From the NCBI GenBank assembly GCA_947455195.1, contig CANGMI010000002.1, positions 515,429 through 579,428 of the forward strand: a stretch of DNA of 64,000 bases, read 5' to 3'. The notes under the pieces are model-generated. The model worked only from the letters and a program-made list of their open reading frames with translations, had not been told where the DNA came from and did not search any database. The stretch comes from Pseudomonadota bacterium (GTDB lineage: Bacteria; Pseudomonadota; Gammaproteobacteria; Burkholderiales; SG8-39). Made by a program: the position numbers and the translations under genes. Within the stretch, counting starts at the first letter, position 1. Each line of letters starts with the position of its first letter. Shown here in pieces: positions 1 through 15,320 of the stretch.

Positions 1-329
1 AGCTTGTGCTGCTCGGTCTGCACCACGAAGGGATAGGCCGTGTCGTTTTCGAGCAAGGCGTGGTCAAAGCGCGCGATACGGCATCGCTCGACGCGATCCC
101 AGAATTCGAAGCGGCGTGCGACGAGCCCGGCAGCGATGAATTCGTCGATGAGTCCGACGCGGGCAATCATCTCGAGCGTCGAGGGGTGAGTGGTGGCTGC
201 GCGTGGATTGCGATCGACGGCTGCGGCTTCCTCGAGCAGCGTGACCTGGAAGCCCTGCTGTGAAGCGTGCAGGGCAGCAACGACTCCGACCGGACCCGAA
301 CCAACGACGATGACATGCGGACTGCTCAC
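1..329 (-). CDS. FAD-dependent oxidoreductase/monooxygenase, N-terminal part (gene continues past the left edge)
   Basis: My own translation of the minus strand from GTG at 329 stays open to position 1. It reads VSSPHVIVVGSGPVGVVAALHASQQGFQVTLLEEAAAVDRNPRAATTHPSTLEMIARVGL..., which carries a GxGxxG Rossmann FAD/NAD fingerprint. The ORF is missing from the track because the window edge truncates it. Confidence 0.6.
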   Translation of the reverse strand, partial: MSSPHVIVVGSGPVGVVAALHASQQGFQVTLLEEAAAVDRNPRAATTHPSTLEMIARVGLIDEFIAAGLVARRFEFWDRVERCRIARFDHALLENDTAYPFVVQTEQHK

Positions 330-507
330 GGGGTAGACCTCTTCGAGACAACGGATGTGGCTGATGTGACGGGAGGGCTCGGGGGCCCATTGCCGTGACG
401 ACAGGGCGTTTGACCGCCCGAACCGGTCGATCGTAGGATGGCCGCGAGTCGGGCGTCAAGGACAGATCCGCGCGTCCTGCGTCAGTCTCGCTGTCAGGAG
501 TCCTGCC

Positions 508-1476
508 ATGTCGGTGGCGTTTGCCATGCGTTGTCTGCTGAGTCTTGCCCTGCTCAGCCCGCTCTCCGTGCTTGCGCAGGCCTGGCCGCAAAAGCCCCTG
601 CGCCTCGTGGTGCCCTTCACCCCGGGCGGTGTCACCGATGCCATCGCCCGGATGAGTGCCGAATGGCTCACGGCGCGGCTCGGGCAACCGGTCATCGTCG
701 ACAACCGGCCGGGTGCCAACGGTGCCATCGCCGCCGAGTACGTCATGCACGCCGCCCCTGATGGCTACACGCTGCTGACTGCTTCGCTGCCGCAGATGGC
801 GATTCTGCCGCAGATGACCCGCACGCCCTACGACCCGGTGCGCGACTTTGCGCCTGTGGTGATCGTGGGATCGAACGTTCTTGCGCTCGCCGTGAACGAC
901 AGGGTGCCTTCGCGCGATCTGAAGACCTTGCTCGCGCATGCGCGGGAGAACCCGGGCAAGGTTTCCTACGCTTCGGCGGGCAGCGGCACGGTGAGTCATC
1001 TCACCCTGGCCCTCCTTCTTTCGCGGGCCGGTGTGCAGATGGAGCACGTGCCTTACAAGGGCGGCGGACCGGCGCTGGCCGATGTGCTCGCCGGGCACAT
1101 CCCGATGTACTTCGGCAACCTGGCCGAGGTATTGCCGCATGCCGGCAGCCCGCGCGTGCGCATCCTTGCCGTGTCGGGCGAGCGGCGAGCGCCCGCGCTG
1201 CCCGCGGTACCGACGGTGGCCGAGCAGGGATTTGCCGGGTTTCGCACCAACACCTGGAACGGCATTGCGGCGCCCGCACGCACGCCGGTGGCGGTGATCG
1301 AGCGAATCGCCCGCGAAATCGACCTGGCCACGCGCGATGCAGGTTTCGTGGCCCGTCTCGAGGCGATCGGTGTCGATCCGGTGGGCGGTACGCCAGCGGC
1401 CTTTGCCCGCACGCTGGAAGGCGACATCCACCTCTGGAGCGAGGCGATCAAGGCCTCGGGTGCGCGGGTGGAGTAG
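508..1476 (+). CDS. Bug-family (TctC-like) tripartite tricarboxylate transporter substrate-binding protein
   Basis: 322-aa ORF with a signal peptide (LALLSPLSVLAQA) and family-typical blocks: PLRLVVPFTPGGVTD, VDNRPGANG, SYASAGSGTVSHL, HVPYKGGGPA. Confidence 0.9.
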   Translation: MSVAFAMRCLLSLALLSPLSVLAQAWPQKPLRLVVPFTPGGVTDAIARMSAEWLTARLGQPVIVDNRPGANGAIAAEYVMHAAPDGYTLLTASLPQMAILPQMTRTPYDPVRDFAPVVIVGSNVLALAVNDRVPSRDLKTLLAHARENPGKVSYASAGSGTVSHLTLALLLSRAGVQMEHVPYKGGGPALADVLAGHIPMYFGNLAEVLPHAGSPRVRILAVSGERRAPALPAVPTVAEQGFAGFRTNTWNGIAAPARTPVAVIERIAREIDLATRDAGFVARLEAIGVDPVGGTPAAFARTLEGDIHLWSEAIKASGARVE

Positions 1477-1503
1477 GGGTGGGTCAGGTACCTGGCCCCA
1501 TCT

Positions 1504-1542
1504 CGGTGACCCACATCGGTGACCCACATCGGTGACCCATGT
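1504..1542. repeat. 13-bp tandem repeat x3 (CGGTGACCCACAT, third copy CGGTGACCCATGT) in an intergenic region
   Basis: Read directly at 1504-1516, 1517-1529 and 1530-1542, between the Bug-family gene stop (1476) and the DUF924 start (1635). Confidence 0.85.
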
Positions 1543-1634
1543 CGGTGGCGCCACCGTCTTTCCGAATGCGCCGTCTGGGCGATACGGTACAGGCTTCAAA
1601 CATCCTTGCCACCAACCATCAGGTGACCCGCCGC

Positions 1635-2180
1635 ATGCAGCACAGCCCCGAGACCATTCTTTCTTTCTGGTTCGATGAGACGAACCCAAGGCAGTGGTGG
1701 GAGACGTCTCCGGCGTTCGATCGGCTGATCGCGGATCGATTCGGCGATCTGCACCGGGCTGCCGCTGCCTGCGAGTTGTTTGCGTGGCGCGCTACAGCCC
1801 GCGGCAGGCTGGCAGAAGTGCTGATCCTCGATCAGTTTTCACGCAACATCTACCGTGACACCGCGCAGGCTTTCGCCTGCGATCCCCTGGCTTTGGCACT
1901 GGCGCAAATGGCCGTGGCAGATCGAACGGATACCGAGCTCGACCTGAATCAGCGCGCGTTCCTGTACATGCCCTTCATGCACAGTGAGTCGCAGGCGATA
2001 CACGCCGCAGCCCTGGTGCTCTTCGATGTACCCGGTATGGAGAGCTGGCTGGCATTCGAACGCAGGCACGGGGTCATCATTGATCGTTTTGGCCGGTATC
2101 CGCATCGCAATGCCGTGCTGGGGCGGGTAGCCACGCCGCAGGAAGTTGACTTTCTGACAACGCCCGGATCGTCCTTCTGA
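1635..2180 (+). CDS. DUF924 family protein
   Basis: The ORF 1539..2180 has an internal ATG at 1635 giving MQHSPETILSFWFDE...; blocks LDQFSRNIYR, FLYMPFMHSE and RFGRYPHRN are typical of DUF924. The upstream extension overlaps the tandem repeat. Confidence 0.8.
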   Translation: MQHSPETILSFWFDETNPRQWWETSPAFDRLIADRFGDLHRAAAACELFAWRATARGRLAEVLILDQFSRNIYRDTAQAFACDPLALALAQMAVADRTDTELDLNQRAFLYMPFMHSESQAIHAAALVLFDVPGMESWLAFERRHGVIIDRFGRYPHRNAVLGRVATPQEVDFLTTPGSSF

Positions 2181-2202
2181 GGGCAAGACCTGCCCCCACC
2201 TG

Positions 2203-3141
2203 TCAGCCGATCGGGTACGCCGCCAGTTCCGCGCGACTGATCAGGCACAAGATGCCGCCATCACCGGCCTCATCCCATGTCAGCGGCAAGCCTGGCCAGC
2301 GTCGCTCCACCGCTGCGCGCTGGTGCCCGGTTTCCATCACGAGGAGGCCCTTCGGTGTGAGGTGTCGGGTTGCCTGCGCGAAGATTCGGGCTACCAGATC
2401 GAGGCCATCCCTGCCGCCGGCCAGCGCCATTTCCGGTTCGGCCCGGTACTCGGCCGGCAGGCGTGCCATTGCAGTCGCTTTCACGTACGGCGGGTTGGTC
2501 ACGATGAGGTCGTAGCGCTCGGCTGCAATCGGCGCGAAAAGATCGCCCTTGTGAAGGGCTACCCGGGCCTCGAGTCCATGCATCGCGACGTTGCGCCTCG
2601 CTACCTGCAGCGCGCGCGCCGACAGGTCGATGCCATCGATCTGCGCGCTCGGAAACGCATGGGCTGCCACGATCGCCAGACAGCCCGATCCGGTGCACAG
2701 ATCGAGGACGCGCTTGACCGCGCCGGGCCGCTGGATCCACGGTGCCATCTGCGCCATGAGCATGGGTGCGATGAAGGAGCGCGGCACGATCACCCGACGA
2801 TCGACCTGAAAGCGCCAGGGGCCCAGCCAGGCTTCGCCCAACAGGTAGGCCAGTGGCGTGCGTGTGCCGATGCGTTCTTCGGCGATCGCATCGATGCGGC
2901 GCATCGTGGCCGCCGACACCGGGCGATCGAGCGTCTCATCGAGCAGCGTGAAGTCGAGCTTCAGCGCCCAGGCCACGAGCCAGAAGGCCTCGGTCTCGGC
3001 ATCGGTGGCCCCATGGCCATGGTGCAGTCGGGCCCGCCGGAAACGGTGTGCGAGACTGTCGATGACCGAACCGGCACGGGTATCGCGGGTCACGCTGGCC
3101 GGCTGGCCCGTCGTGACACCGCGCTGAGGCGTTCGGCTCAC
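2203..3141 (-). CDS. prmB: 50S ribosomal protein L3 N5-glutamine methyltransferase
   Basis: 312 aa, co-linear with E. coli PrmB from memory: [45 protein letters not shown] (NPPY motif). The GTG start overlaps the dapE stop (GTGA). Confidence 0.85.
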   Translation of the reverse strand: MSRTPQRGVTTGQPASVTRDTRAGSVIDSLAHRFRRARLHHGHGATDAETEAFWLVAWALKLDFTLLDETLDRPVSAATMRRIDAIAEERIGTRTPLAYLLGEAWLGPWRFQVDRRVIVPRSFIAPMLMAQMAPWIQRPGAVKRVLDLCTGSGCLAIVAAHAFPSAQIDGIDLSARALQVARRNVAMHGLEARVALHKGDLFAPIAAERYDLIVTNPPYVKATAMARLPAEYRAEPEMALAGGRDGLDLVARIFAQATRHLTPKGLLVMETGHQRAAVERRWPGLPLTWDEAGDGGILCLISRAELAAYPIG

Positions 3142-4280
3142 GCCGCCAGCAACCGATCGAGGAGCCTGAGGTAAATCGCCGCGAGCGGGTCGATCGCATC
3201 GAGCGCGATGTGCTCGTTCACCTTGTGGATCGACAGGTTCACCGGACCGAATTCGACCACCTGATCGCAGACCGCTGCGATGAAGCGGCCGTCGGACGTA
3301 CCGCCGGTGGTGGAGAGTTCAGGCACGATCCCCACCTCGTCGTGGATGGCTGCCGAGATGGCATCCACCAGCGTGCCGCGCGGGGTGAGAAAGGGCATGC
3401 CCGAGAGCGTCCACTGCAGCGAGTACTCGAGCGCGTAGCGGTCGAGCACGGCGCGCACCCGCTCCTTCAGTCGATCGGGCGGGCTCTCGGTGGAGAAGCG
3501 GAAGTTGAACTGCACCAGGCACTCGCCCGGAATCACGTTGCCCACGCCGGTGCCGGCATGAATATTCGAGATCTGGAAGGTGGTGGCCGGAAAGTATTCG
3601 CTGCCCGTATCCCATTCGGTGGCGGCGAGTTCGGCCAACGCGGGTGCAACCTGGTGAATCGGGTTGCGCGCCAGGTGCGGGTAGGCCACATGGCCCTGGA
3701 TGCCCTTCACCGAGAGGTCGGCCGAGAGCGAACCGCGACGCCCGTTCTTGATCATGTCACCGAGCGTGCTGGCTGAGGTGGGCTCACCCACCACGCACCA
3801 GTCGATGCGCCGACCGTCCGTCTGCATCTGCTCGACCACCCGCACCGTGCCGTCGATGGCGGGGCCTTCCTCATCGGAGGTGAGCAGCAGCGCGATGCGG
3901 CCAGCGTGGTCGGGGCGTGCGGCCACGAAGGCTTCGACCGCCACGATGAAGGCGGCGATAGAAGTCTTCATGTCGGCCGCGCCGCGTCCGTAGAGGAAGC
4001 CATCGCGCTCGGTGGCGACGAACGGATCCGAGTTCCACATCGCGGCGGGCCCGGCCGGCACGACGTCGGTATGGCCGGCGAAGCAGAAGAGCGGACCCGA
4101 CGTACCCCGTTCGGCCCAGAGGTTCGAGACGCCGCGCGAATCGGCGGGCTGACAGACGAAGCCGATTTTCGCGAGGCGCCCGGTGATCAGTGCCTGGCAG
4201 CCCGCATCCTCGGGGGTGACCGAACGTCGTTCGATGAGGGCCTCAGCCAGGGCACGGGCCTCGCCCGCAGCAATCTTCAT
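3138..4280 (-). CDS. dapE: succinyl-diaminopimelate desuccinylase
   Basis: M20 peptidase blocks are present: [26 protein letters not shown], the dimerisation domain and IHKVNEH. The internal ATG at 4280 gives a 380-aa protein of typical DapE length. Confidence 0.9.
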   Translation of the reverse strand: MKIAAGEARALAEALIERRSVTPEDAGCQALITGRLAKIGFVCQPADSRGVSNLWAERGTSGPLFCFAGHTDVVPAGPAAMWNSDPFVATERDGFLYGRGAADMKTSIAAFIVAVEAFVAARPDHAGRIALLLTSDEEGPAIDGTVRVVEQMQTDGRRIDWCVVGEPTSASTLGDMIKNGRRGSLSADLSVKGIQGHVAYPHLARNPIHQVAPALAELAATEWDTGSEYFPATTFQISNIHAGTGVGNVIPGECLVQFNFRFSTESPPDRLKERVRAVLDRYALEYSLQWTLSGMPFLTPRGTLVDAISAAIHDEVGIVPELSTTGGTSDGRFIAAVCDQVVEFGPVNLSIHKVNEHIALDAIDPLAAIYLRLLDRLLAA

Positions 4281-4290
4281 CACCCGTCGC

Positions 4291-5124
4291 TCAGTCGCCG
4301 CGCAGCAGTTCGTTGATGCTCGTCTTGGCGCGGGTCTTCGCATCGACCCGTTTCACGATCACCGCGCAATAGAGGCTGTAGCTGCCATCAGCCGACGGCA
4401 GCGAGCCTGGCACCACCACCGAGCCCGACGGCACGCGCCCGTAGGTGATGCTGCCGGTGGCGCGATCGTAGATGCGCGTGCTGGTGCCGATGAAGACCCC
4501 CATCGAGATCACCGAGTTTTCCTCGACGATGACGCCCTCGACGATCTCGGACCGCGCGCCGATGAAGCAGTTGTCCTCGATGATCACCGGGTTGGCTTGC
4601 AGGGGTTCGAGTACGCCGCCAATGCCCACACCGCCAGACAGGTGCACATTGCGACCGATCTGCGCGCACGAGCCTACGGTTGCCCAGGTGTCGACCATGG
4701 TGCCTTCATCGACATAGGCACCGATGTTCACGTAGGAGGGCATCAGCACGACGTTGCGGGCGACGAAGGCGCCGCGCCGGGCCACCGCGGGCGGCACGAC
4801 ACGAAAGCCACCGGCGGCAAAGTCGGTAGCGGTGTAGTTCGTGAACTTGGTGGGCACCTTGTCGTAGAACTGCAGGGCACCGGATTGCATCACGGCGTTG
4901 TCGTGCAAGCGGAAGGAGAGCAGCACGGCCTTCTTGACCCACTCGAGAGTCACCCACTGGCCATCGACCTTCGATGCCACGCGCAGCGCGCCGCTGTCCA
5001 GGCCGCCGATGACGGCGTCGACCGCTTCGCGCAGGGCAGGCTCAGGGCTTTGCGAATTGATCTCGGCACGCTTTTCCCAGGCGGCATCGATGGTGGACTG
5101 GTAGGGGCTGAACGGGTTCGACAT
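4291..5124 (-). CDS. dapD: 2,3,4,5-tetrahydropyridine-2,6-dicarboxylate N-succinyltransferase
   Basis: Left-handed beta-helix hexapeptide repeats and DapD blocks ([46 protein letters not shown]). ATG at 5124 (MSNPFSPYQ...) gives about 277 aa. Confidence 0.9.
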   Translation of the reverse strand: MSNPFSPYQSTIDAAWEKRAEINSQSPEPALREAVDAVIGGLDSGALRVASKVDGQWVTLEWVKKAVLLSFRLHDNAVMQSGALQFYDKVPTKFTNYTATDFAAGGFRVVPPAVARRGAFVARNVVLMPSYVNIGAYVDEGTMVDTWATVGSCAQIGRNVHLSGGVGIGGVLEPLQANPVIIEDNCFIGARSEIVEGVIVEENSVISMGVFIGTSTRIYDRATGSITYGRVPSGSVVVPGSLPSADGSYSLYCAVIVKRVDAKTRAKTSINELLRGD

Positions 5125-5165
5125 GTCAGGGCATCCTGGCGTGGTTGCGAAAATGAGGGGATGGG

Positions 5166-6356
5166 TCAGAGGCTTTCGGCAAAACGGGCGATGCGACTCA
5201 CCCCTTCGACGCACTCGGCTTCGCTCGCGACAAGCGCGATGCGAATGCGGTTTTCACCCGGGTTGATGCCGCCTGCGGGGCGCGCCAGGTAGCTTCCCGG
5301 CAGCACGTCGACATGGCACTCGGCGTGCAGTCGACGGGCGAAGTCGACATCGGAGAAGGGGGTGTTCAACCAGAGGTAGAAGCCACCATCGGGCCGGTAG
5401 GCGCCAAGGCTTGCAGCCAGGAGCGGCACGGTGCTCGCAAACTTCGCAGCGTAGAGACGGCGGTTCTCGGCCGCGTGTGCCTCATCGCGCCATGCAGCGA
5501 CACTGGCGGCTTGCACCACCGGGCTCATCGCGCTGCCGTGGTAGGTTCGATAGAGCAGGAAACGCTGCATCAACTGGGCGTCGCCCGCGACGAAACCCGA
5601 TCGCATGCCGGGTACGTTCGATCGCTTCGACAGGCTCGAGAACACCACCAGACGCTTGTAATCGGTGCGGCCGCATAGCTGCGCCGCGCGCAGCGCGCCC
5701 AGGGGCGGATGGGCTTCATCGAAGTGGATCTCCGAATAGCACTCGTCGGCAGCAATCGTGAAGCCGAAGCGGTCGGAGAGGTCAAAGAGGTGTGCCCATT
5801 CGGCCTGTGTCATCACCTTGCCCGTGGGATTGCCCGGCGAGCAGACGAAGAGCAGCTGCGTGCGTGCCCACACGTGCTCGGGCACGCTCGCGTAGTCGAT
5901 GCGAAAGTCGTTGTCGGCAACCGAGTTGACAAACCACGGTTCGGCACCGCCAAGGAGGGCGGCCCCTTCATAGATCTGATAGAACGGATTGGGGCACACC
6001 ACCACGGGTGACGTCGTGCGATCGAGCACGACCTGGGCAAATGCAAACAGCGCTTCGCGTGAGCCGTTCACCGGCAGCACCTCGCGTGCCGGATCGGGGC
6101 GCGGCACGTTGAACCGGGCGGCCAGCCAGTCGGCGATCGCCTCGCGCAGAGCGAGGCTCCCGATGGTGGGCGGGTAGGCCGCGAGGCCATCGAGGTTTGC
6201 CGAAATCGCTTCACGAATGAAGGCGGGTGTCGGGTGCTTCGGCTCGCCGATCGACAGGTTCACCCCGCGCAGGCCACCGGTGTGCGGCGCTGCAGCAAAG
6301 AGGGCACGCAACTTCTCGAACGGATAGGGTTGCAGGCGCTCGAGGTCGCGATTCAT
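5166..6356 (-). CDS. dapC: succinyldiaminopimelate transaminase (class I aminotransferase)
   Basis: 396 aa. N-terminus [23 protein letters not shown] lysine context [14 protein letters not shown], and position at the head of the dapC-dapD-dapE operon. Confidence 0.85.
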   Translation of the reverse strand: MNRDLERLQPYPFEKLRALFAAAPHTGGLRGVNLSIGEPKHPTPAFIREAISANLDGLAAYPPTIGSLALREAIADWLAARFNVPRPDPAREVLPVNGSREALFAFAQVVLDRTTSPVVVCPNPFYQIYEGAALLGGAEPWFVNSVADNDFRIDYASVPEHVWARTQLLFVCSPGNPTGKVMTQAEWAHLFDLSDRFGFTIAADECYSEIHFDEAHPPLGALRAAQLCGRTDYKRLVVFSSLSKRSNVPGMRSGFVAGDAQLMQRFLLYRTYHGSAMSPVVQAASVAAWRDEAHAAENRRLYAAKFASTVPLLAASLGAYRPDGGFYLWLNTPFSDVDFARRLHAECHVDVLPGSYLARPAGGINPGENRIRIALVASEAECVEGVSRIARFAESL

Positions 6357-6367
6357 CGGGGCGGCTC

Positions 6368-6784
6368 CTAGACCACGCTGATGGCGCGATCGAAACGCAC
6401 CTCGGGGATCTCGATGGTCGACTTCCAGCCGCGTTTGCGGTGCTCTGCCACCACCGTGGTGTAGACCCCGCCGCGCACGAAGAAACGTGCAGTCATGCGC
6501 ATGAAGCGCGGCTTGGTGGCAGCGACCAGGTCATCGAGCATCTTGTTGGTGACCGCCTCGTGAAAGGCCCCTTCGTTCCTGAACGACCACATGTAGAGCT
6601 TGAGGCTCTTCAATTCGACGCACTTGCGGTCGGCGACGTAGTCGAGCACGAGGTTGGCGAAGTCGGGCTGCCCGGTGAGCGGGCACAGGCAGCTGAACTC
6701 GGGCATGTCGACATGGATGAGAAAGTCGCGTGCCAGGCTCGGGTTGGGGAAGGTCTGCAGTTCGTTCGAAGGTGCGGTTGCCAT
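6368..6784 (-). CDS. queF: NADPH-dependent 7-cyano-7-deazaguanine reductase (type I QueF)
   Basis: This is the C-terminal 138 aa of the artefactual 1380-aa ORF, starting at ATG 6784 ([15 protein letters not shown]...). It carries the QueF motif [14 protein letters not shown] and [16 protein letters not shown]. Confidence 0.9.
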   Translation of the reverse strand: MATAPSNELQTFPNPSLARDFLIHVDMPEFSCLCPLTGQPDFANLVLDYVADRKCVELKSLKLYMWSFRNEGAFHEAVTNKMLDDLVAATKPRFMRMTARFFVRGGVYTTVVAEHRKRGWKSTIEIPEVRFDRAISVV

Positions 6785-6943
6785 GAGTCGGGGATGCCGG
6801 GTAGGGTTGGGCAGGCGCAGGCTTGAGCTTGCCCGTGACCGTCGCCTCGGCGAAAGGCACCTGCGGGACGGGGTGCTATTATAAACGACCATGGCGACAG
6901 ACCGGGGTCTGCCTGCCCGCTGCTCCCCTGACTCCCACCGCCC

Positions 6944-9900
6944 GTGCGCCTCACACACCTCAAGCTCGCCGGATTCAAGTCTTTCGTCGATCCGACTTCC
7001 ATCGCCATTCCGGGCAACCTGGTGGGCGTGGTGGGGCCGAATGGCTGCGGCAAGTCCAATCTCATCGATGCCGTTCGGTGGGTCCTCGGCGAATCGCGGG
7101 CATCGGCGTTGCGGGGCGAGTCGATGCAGGACGTCATCTTCAATGGGTCGATGCAGCGAAAGCCGGTGGCGCGTGCAAGCGTCGAACTCGTGTTCGACAA
7201 TTCGGTCGGGCGTGCTGCAGGGCAGTGGTCGCAGTACGCGGAAATCTCGGTGAAGCGGGTCTTGCAGCGCGATGGCGACTCGGGCTACTTCATCAACAAC
7301 ACGGCGGTACGCCGCCGTGACATCCAGGACATCTTCCTCGGTACCGGGGTCGGGCCGCGCGCCTACGCCATCATCGAGCAGGGCATGATCTCGCGGGTCA
7401 TCGAGGCCAAGCCCGAGGAACTGCGGGTCTTCCTCGAAGAGGCGGCGGGCATCTCCAAGTACAAGGAGCGCCGGCGCGAGACCGAGGCGCGCATGGAGGA
7501 CACCCGCGAGAATCTGGCACGCGTGTCCGACATCCAGCGTGAACTCGGGTCCCAGATCGAGAAGCTCTCGCATCAGGCCGAAGTTGCCAAGGCTTTCGGG
7601 GCCCTGAAGACCGAACAGACCCAGAAGCAGCATCTGCTCTGGTGGTTGCGTCAGCAGGAGTCGGCCCAGGAAGCGGCTCGTATCGGTACCGAGGTGAATC
7701 GCATCGAGAACGAGATCGAATCGTTCACCGCGGCACTTCGCGATGTCGAGCGGCGTCTGGAGCAGACCCGCGCGAGCCATTACGAGGCGGGTGATGCCGC
7801 CAATGCCATCCAGGGCGAACTCTATGCGGTGAACACCGAGATCTCGCGCCTCGAGTCCGAGCTGAAACATATCGGCGAGACGCGTCAGCGGCTCCTCGCG
7901 CAGGGCACCCAGCATGTGTTGTCGCTCGATCGTGCGGGGCGTGCCCAGCGCGAACTGGGCGATGCGCTCGACACGTGGGTCGCGCGCCAGCGCACGCTGG
8001 TGGTGGAGGCTGGGGCGGCTGACGCCCGGCTTGCACTGGCCGAGTCCGGTATCGAGGGCCACGAGCAGGCCTTGCGGGCAGCGCAGCAGGAGGTGGCTGC
8101 GGCGCGTGCGGCGGTGGCCGAGGCCGAGCGCAATCTGCAGGTTGAAGAGGCGCGTCGGACGGGTGCCCTGCGTCTGGCCGAGCAGGGCGATGCGCGTCTC
8201 GGGCGACTGCGCAGCGAACGCGAGGCTTTGCCGCACGCCGACGAGGCACTGATGCAGGCAACGACCGCGAGCCTCGCCGGCTACGCCGCGCAGGGCGAGC
8301 GCATGCAGGATGACCTGCAGGTGCTTGCCCATGCGCTGCCTCGTCTCGAGGCGGCACGCACCGCCAGCGCCCGACAGGTGGATGAGATGGGCCGCGAGGC
8401 GAGTGCGCTGCAGTCGCGGCTGGCCACCTTGCGCAGCCTGCGCGACGGGCAACCCCCCGAGGGCGGGGTGGCCGCCTGGATTGCGCGGCACCAACTGGGC
8501 AAGGCCCAGCGCCTCTGGCAGCAGATCGAGGTCGAACCGGGATGGGAGCGTGCGGTGGAGGCAGTGCTGCGCGAGCGGCTGCACGCCCTCGTGGTCGACG
8601 CTGCGATGCTCGAGCGCGCGGTGGCTGATCCGGCACCGGGCAGCCTCGCGCTCGTGACGGCCGACGGAAGCGCCTTTGTCGGTGCGCAGGCTGGCGCAAC
8701 GTCCCCCGCAGCGCCCTCCGCAGCAGCCGAGGCCGACCTCCCGGTCGATTCCAATGCGGGGCCGAGCGGCGCACCGCAGCGGATGCTTGCCGGTTGCGTG
8801 CGCTCGCGCGTACCCGGGTTCGCGCGGCTCTTGCAGGGCTGGCTTGCCGGCTACAGGCTTGTCGATGGCGCCGATCCCCGGTCGGTGGGGGGCGGCGCTG
8901 CCCCCGCGGTGACGGAGGAGGCTGGCACGCACCGTCAGGTCGACCCCGAAGGGCGCATCTACGAGCGCGGTGCGGTGGTGTTTCATGGCGGCCCATCGGG
9001 GGATGCCAACGTGCTCGTGCGACAGCGCGAAATCGAGCGTCTGGCAGCCGAAGGCGAGACCCTCATGGCTTCGCTCGAAGCCATGAAGCGCACGCTCGCC
9101 GCGCAGGATCTCGCGCTCGGGGGCGTGCGCGGTCGCATCGCGGCCTTGCAGGCGGCGACGGCGGCTGCGCGTGACGCGAGCCACAAGGCCGAACTGGTCT
9201 TGAGCCGTCAGCGCGAACTGGCCGAACGCGGGCAATTGCGTGCTGCCGAGATCGAGCGCGAGATGTCCATTCTGGCCACCGAGCGCGCGCGTCTCGATGA
9301 AACCTCGGCCGGGCATCAGGCGCTGGCCGCCGTGCAGCGCAGTGCGCGGGCCGAAGCGCTCGGGCGCGTGCAGGCCGTACTTGCCGTGCAGCAAAAGGCC
9401 GAGCGCGATCTGGGCGAGCATCGCAATGTGCTGCGCAGCGCCGAGCGAGCCGCGCAGGAAGCGCGTTTTGCCGTGCGGGAGGCCGAATCGAAGCTGGCCG
9501 AGACGCATCGCTCGCTCGCCGGCGTGCTCGATCAGATCGCCCATGCCACGCGTGCCGAACACGGTGTTCGCACCGAACTGGCCGGTCTGGTCGACGGCAC
9601 GCTGAAGGCCGATCTGCAGCGGCGCCTCGGTGAGCGTCGCGATGTCGAGGGGCGTCTCAGTGCTGCTCGTGATGCGCTGGAAGGCATTACGGCCAGCCTG
9701 CGAACGACCGAGGCCGAACGACTCGAAGCCGAGCAACGATTGGGCCCCTTGCGCGAGGGCATCGCCGAACTGCGCCTCAAGGAGCAGGCAGCGCGGCTGG
9801 CCGGTGAACAGTTTGTCGAGCAGCTCGCCGCGGCCGAGGCCGATCTCGAGGCGGTCGAGGCGCAGGCGACCGCCATCGCCCAGTCGGGTGGCCGCGCCCT

Positions 9901-10569
9901 GCGTCTGTCGACCCTCCAGAACGAGATCAATCGGCTTGCACAGCAGATGAATGCGCTCGGGCCGATCAACATGGCGGCGCTGGACGAACTGACGACCAGC
10001 ACCGAGCGCAAGGCTTTCCTCGACGCGCAGGCTACCGATCTTGCCGAGGCCCTCAGCACCCTCGAGAACGCCATCCGGCGCATCGACCTTGAAACGCGCA
10101 GCCTGCTGCAGCAGACCTTCGACACGGTCAACGCCAACTTCTCGGCCATGTTCCCGGCGCTCTTCGGGGGTGGGCAGGCGCGCCTGGTGATGACCGGCGA
10201 GGAGATCCTCGATGCAGGCGTGCAGGTGATGGCGCAGCCCCCGGGCAAGAAGAACAGCTCGATCCAGCTGCTCTCCGGCGGCGAGAAGGCTCTCACCGCG
10301 ACATCCCTCATCTTTTCGCTTTTCCAGCTCAATCCGGCCCCGTTCTGCCTGCTCGACGAGGTCGATGCGCCGCTGGATGATGCCAATACCGAGCGCTTCT
10401 GCAATCTGGTGCGCCAGATGTCGAAGGATACGCAGTTTCTCTTTATCAGCCACAACAAGATCACCATGGAACTGGCCAATCAACTGGTGGGGGTGACCAT
10501 GCAGGAACAAGGTGTCTCGAGGATCGTTGCCGTGGACATGGAGCAGGCACTCAAGTTGAGCGAGCCGGC

Positions 10570-10573
<4 letters not shown>
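6944..10573 (+). CDS. smc: chromosome segregation protein SMC
   Basis: 1209 aa with a GTG start. Walker [10 protein letters not shown] at the N-terminus, long coiled-coil arms, signature [10 protein letters not shown] and Walker [12 protein letters not shown] at the C-terminus. Confidence 0.95.
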
Positions 10574-13799
<3,226 letters not shown>

Positions 13800-13844
13800 C
13801 ATCGCGCGACGCGCACCCGAGGGTGCACAAACGCTTCCTTCACG

Positions 13845-14768
13845 ATGAGTTTCTCGATGACCGATTCTTCGATCCCTGCCTCGCCCGCCACTTCGACTCC
13901 TGTAGCCCCGCCCATTCGCATCGCGGTCTTCCCGGTTGCGGGTTTTGGCAGTCGATTCCTGCCGGCGACCAAGGCGAATCCGAAGGAAATGCTGCCGATC
14001 GTCGACAAGCCGCTGATCCAGTACGCGGTCGAGGAGGTCGTGGCGGCCGGTGTCACCGATCTGGTTTTCATTACCGGGCGGCACAAGCGCGCGATTGCCG
14101 ACCATTTCGACAAGTCGCCCGAGATGGAAGCCGACCTCGAAGCCCGCGGCAAGACGCAGTTGCTCGAGATCATCCGCTCGATCATTCCGCGCAGCGTCAA
14201 CTGCATCTACATCCGCCAGTCGGAGCCGCTCGGCCTGGGGCACGCCGTCCTCTGTGCTCAGCCGGTGGTGCGCAACGAGCCTTTTCTGGTGATGCTGGCC
14301 GATGATTTCATCGACAGCGAGACGCCGGTCGCACGGCAGATGGCCATGGAATTTGCCCGCCATGGCTGCTCGATGCTGGGTGTGCAGGACGTGCCGCGTG
14401 CCCAGACCAGTGCCTATGGCATCGTGAAGACTGAGCCCTTTGCCGAACGCCTCGAGCAGGTATCGGCCATTGTCGAGAAGCCGCGCCCCGAGGACGCGCC
14501 CTCGACGCTCGCCGTGATCGGACGCTACGTGCTCACACCACGCATCTTTCATCACCTGGAGCGCGTGCGGCCGGGGGCGGGTGGGGAGATCCAGTTGACT
14601 GATGGCATCTCGGCACTGCTCGCCGAGGAGCGCGTTCTTGCCTACCGCTTCGAGGGGACCCGTTATGATTGCGGCTCCAAGCTCGGTTATCTCAAGGCGA
14701 CGCTGCAACTGGGCATGAAGCACCCCGAGGTCGGGGCCGAGTTCACGCAGTATCTCAGGACACTCTGA
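13845..14768 (+). CDS. galU: UTP--glucose-1-phosphate uridylyltransferase
   Basis: [33 protein letters not shown] plus VEKP and the [12 protein letters not shown]-terminal block. Confidence 0.93.
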   Translation: MSFSMTDSSIPASPATSTPVAPPIRIAVFPVAGFGSRFLPATKANPKEMLPIVDKPLIQYAVEEVVAAGVTDLVFITGRHKRAIADHFDKSPEMEADLEARGKTQLLEIIRSIIPRSVNCIYIRQSEPLGLGHAVLCAQPVVRNEPFLVMLADDFIDSETPVARQMAMEFARHGCSMLGVQDVPRAQTSAYGIVKTEPFAERLEQVSAIVEKPRPEDAPSTLAVIGRYVLTPRIFHHLERVRPGAGGEIQLTDGISALLAEERVLAYRFEGTRYDCGSKLGYLKATLQLGMKHPEVGAEFTQYLRTL

Positions 14769-15320
14769 TTGGATCCTTCCGCAACGCGCGCCTGGCAACT
14801 GATCGAGGAGGCCGACCTCATCGCGTCGGCCGAACAGGTCGAACAGGCCATCGTGTCGGTGGCGGCGGCCATCGGGGCGAAGTATGCCGAGCGCTTTCCC
14901 CTCGTGCTCTGCGTGATGAATGGCGGCGTCTTCTTCTGCGGCAAGCTCCTGGCCAAGCTTGCCTTCCCGCTGACCCTCGATTACGTGCACGCCTCGCGTT
15001 ACGGCGAAGGCCTCTCGGGGCGCGAGATCGTGTGGCGCATGCTGCCGCCGGACAGCGTCGCGGGACGTCACGTGATCATCGTCGATGACATCCTCGATGC
15101 CGGGGTGACCTTGGGCGCCATTCGCGACAAGGTGCTCGAGAAGGGCGCGGCGAGCGTGTCGCTGGCCGTGCTCGCCGAGAAGCACCTGGAACGCGAAAAG
15201 CCGGTTGCCCCCGATTTTCTGGGCATCACGCTGCCCGATCGATTTGTCTTCGGGTGTGGTCTCGATGCCGCCGGGTTCTGGCGCAATCTGCCCGCCATCT
15301 ACGCGATGAAGGGGGCTTGA
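14769..15320 (+). CDS. hypoxanthine-guanine phosphoribosyltransferase family protein
   Basis: PRPP-binding loop VIIVDDILDAGVTL. 183 aa with a TTG start immediately after the galU stop. Confidence 0.8.
   Translation: MDPSATRAWQLIEEADLIASAEQVEQAIVSVAAAIGAKYAERFPLVLCVMNGGVFFCGKLLAKLAFPLTLDYVHASRYGEGLSGREIVWRMLPPDSVAGRHVIIVDDILDAGVTLGAIRDKVLEKGAASVSLAVLAEKHLEREKPVAPDFLGITLPDRFVFGCGLDAAGFWRNLPAIYAMKGA

Noticed and set aside
64-1689. 541-aa minus-strand ORF
   Set aside because: It is antisense to the well-supported Bug-family gene and is in a different frame from the real FAD-oxidoreductase fragment at 1-329. The product is Arg/His/Gly/Pro-rich with no motifs.
6368-10510. 1380-aa minus-strand ORF, the longest in the track
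   Set aside because: Only its last 138 codons (6368-6784) encode a recognisable protein, QueF. The rest is antisense to smc, whose product has unmistakable SMC motifs, and it translates to Arg/Leu/Gly/His-rich low-complexity sequence. Long stop-free antisense frames are expected at this GC content.
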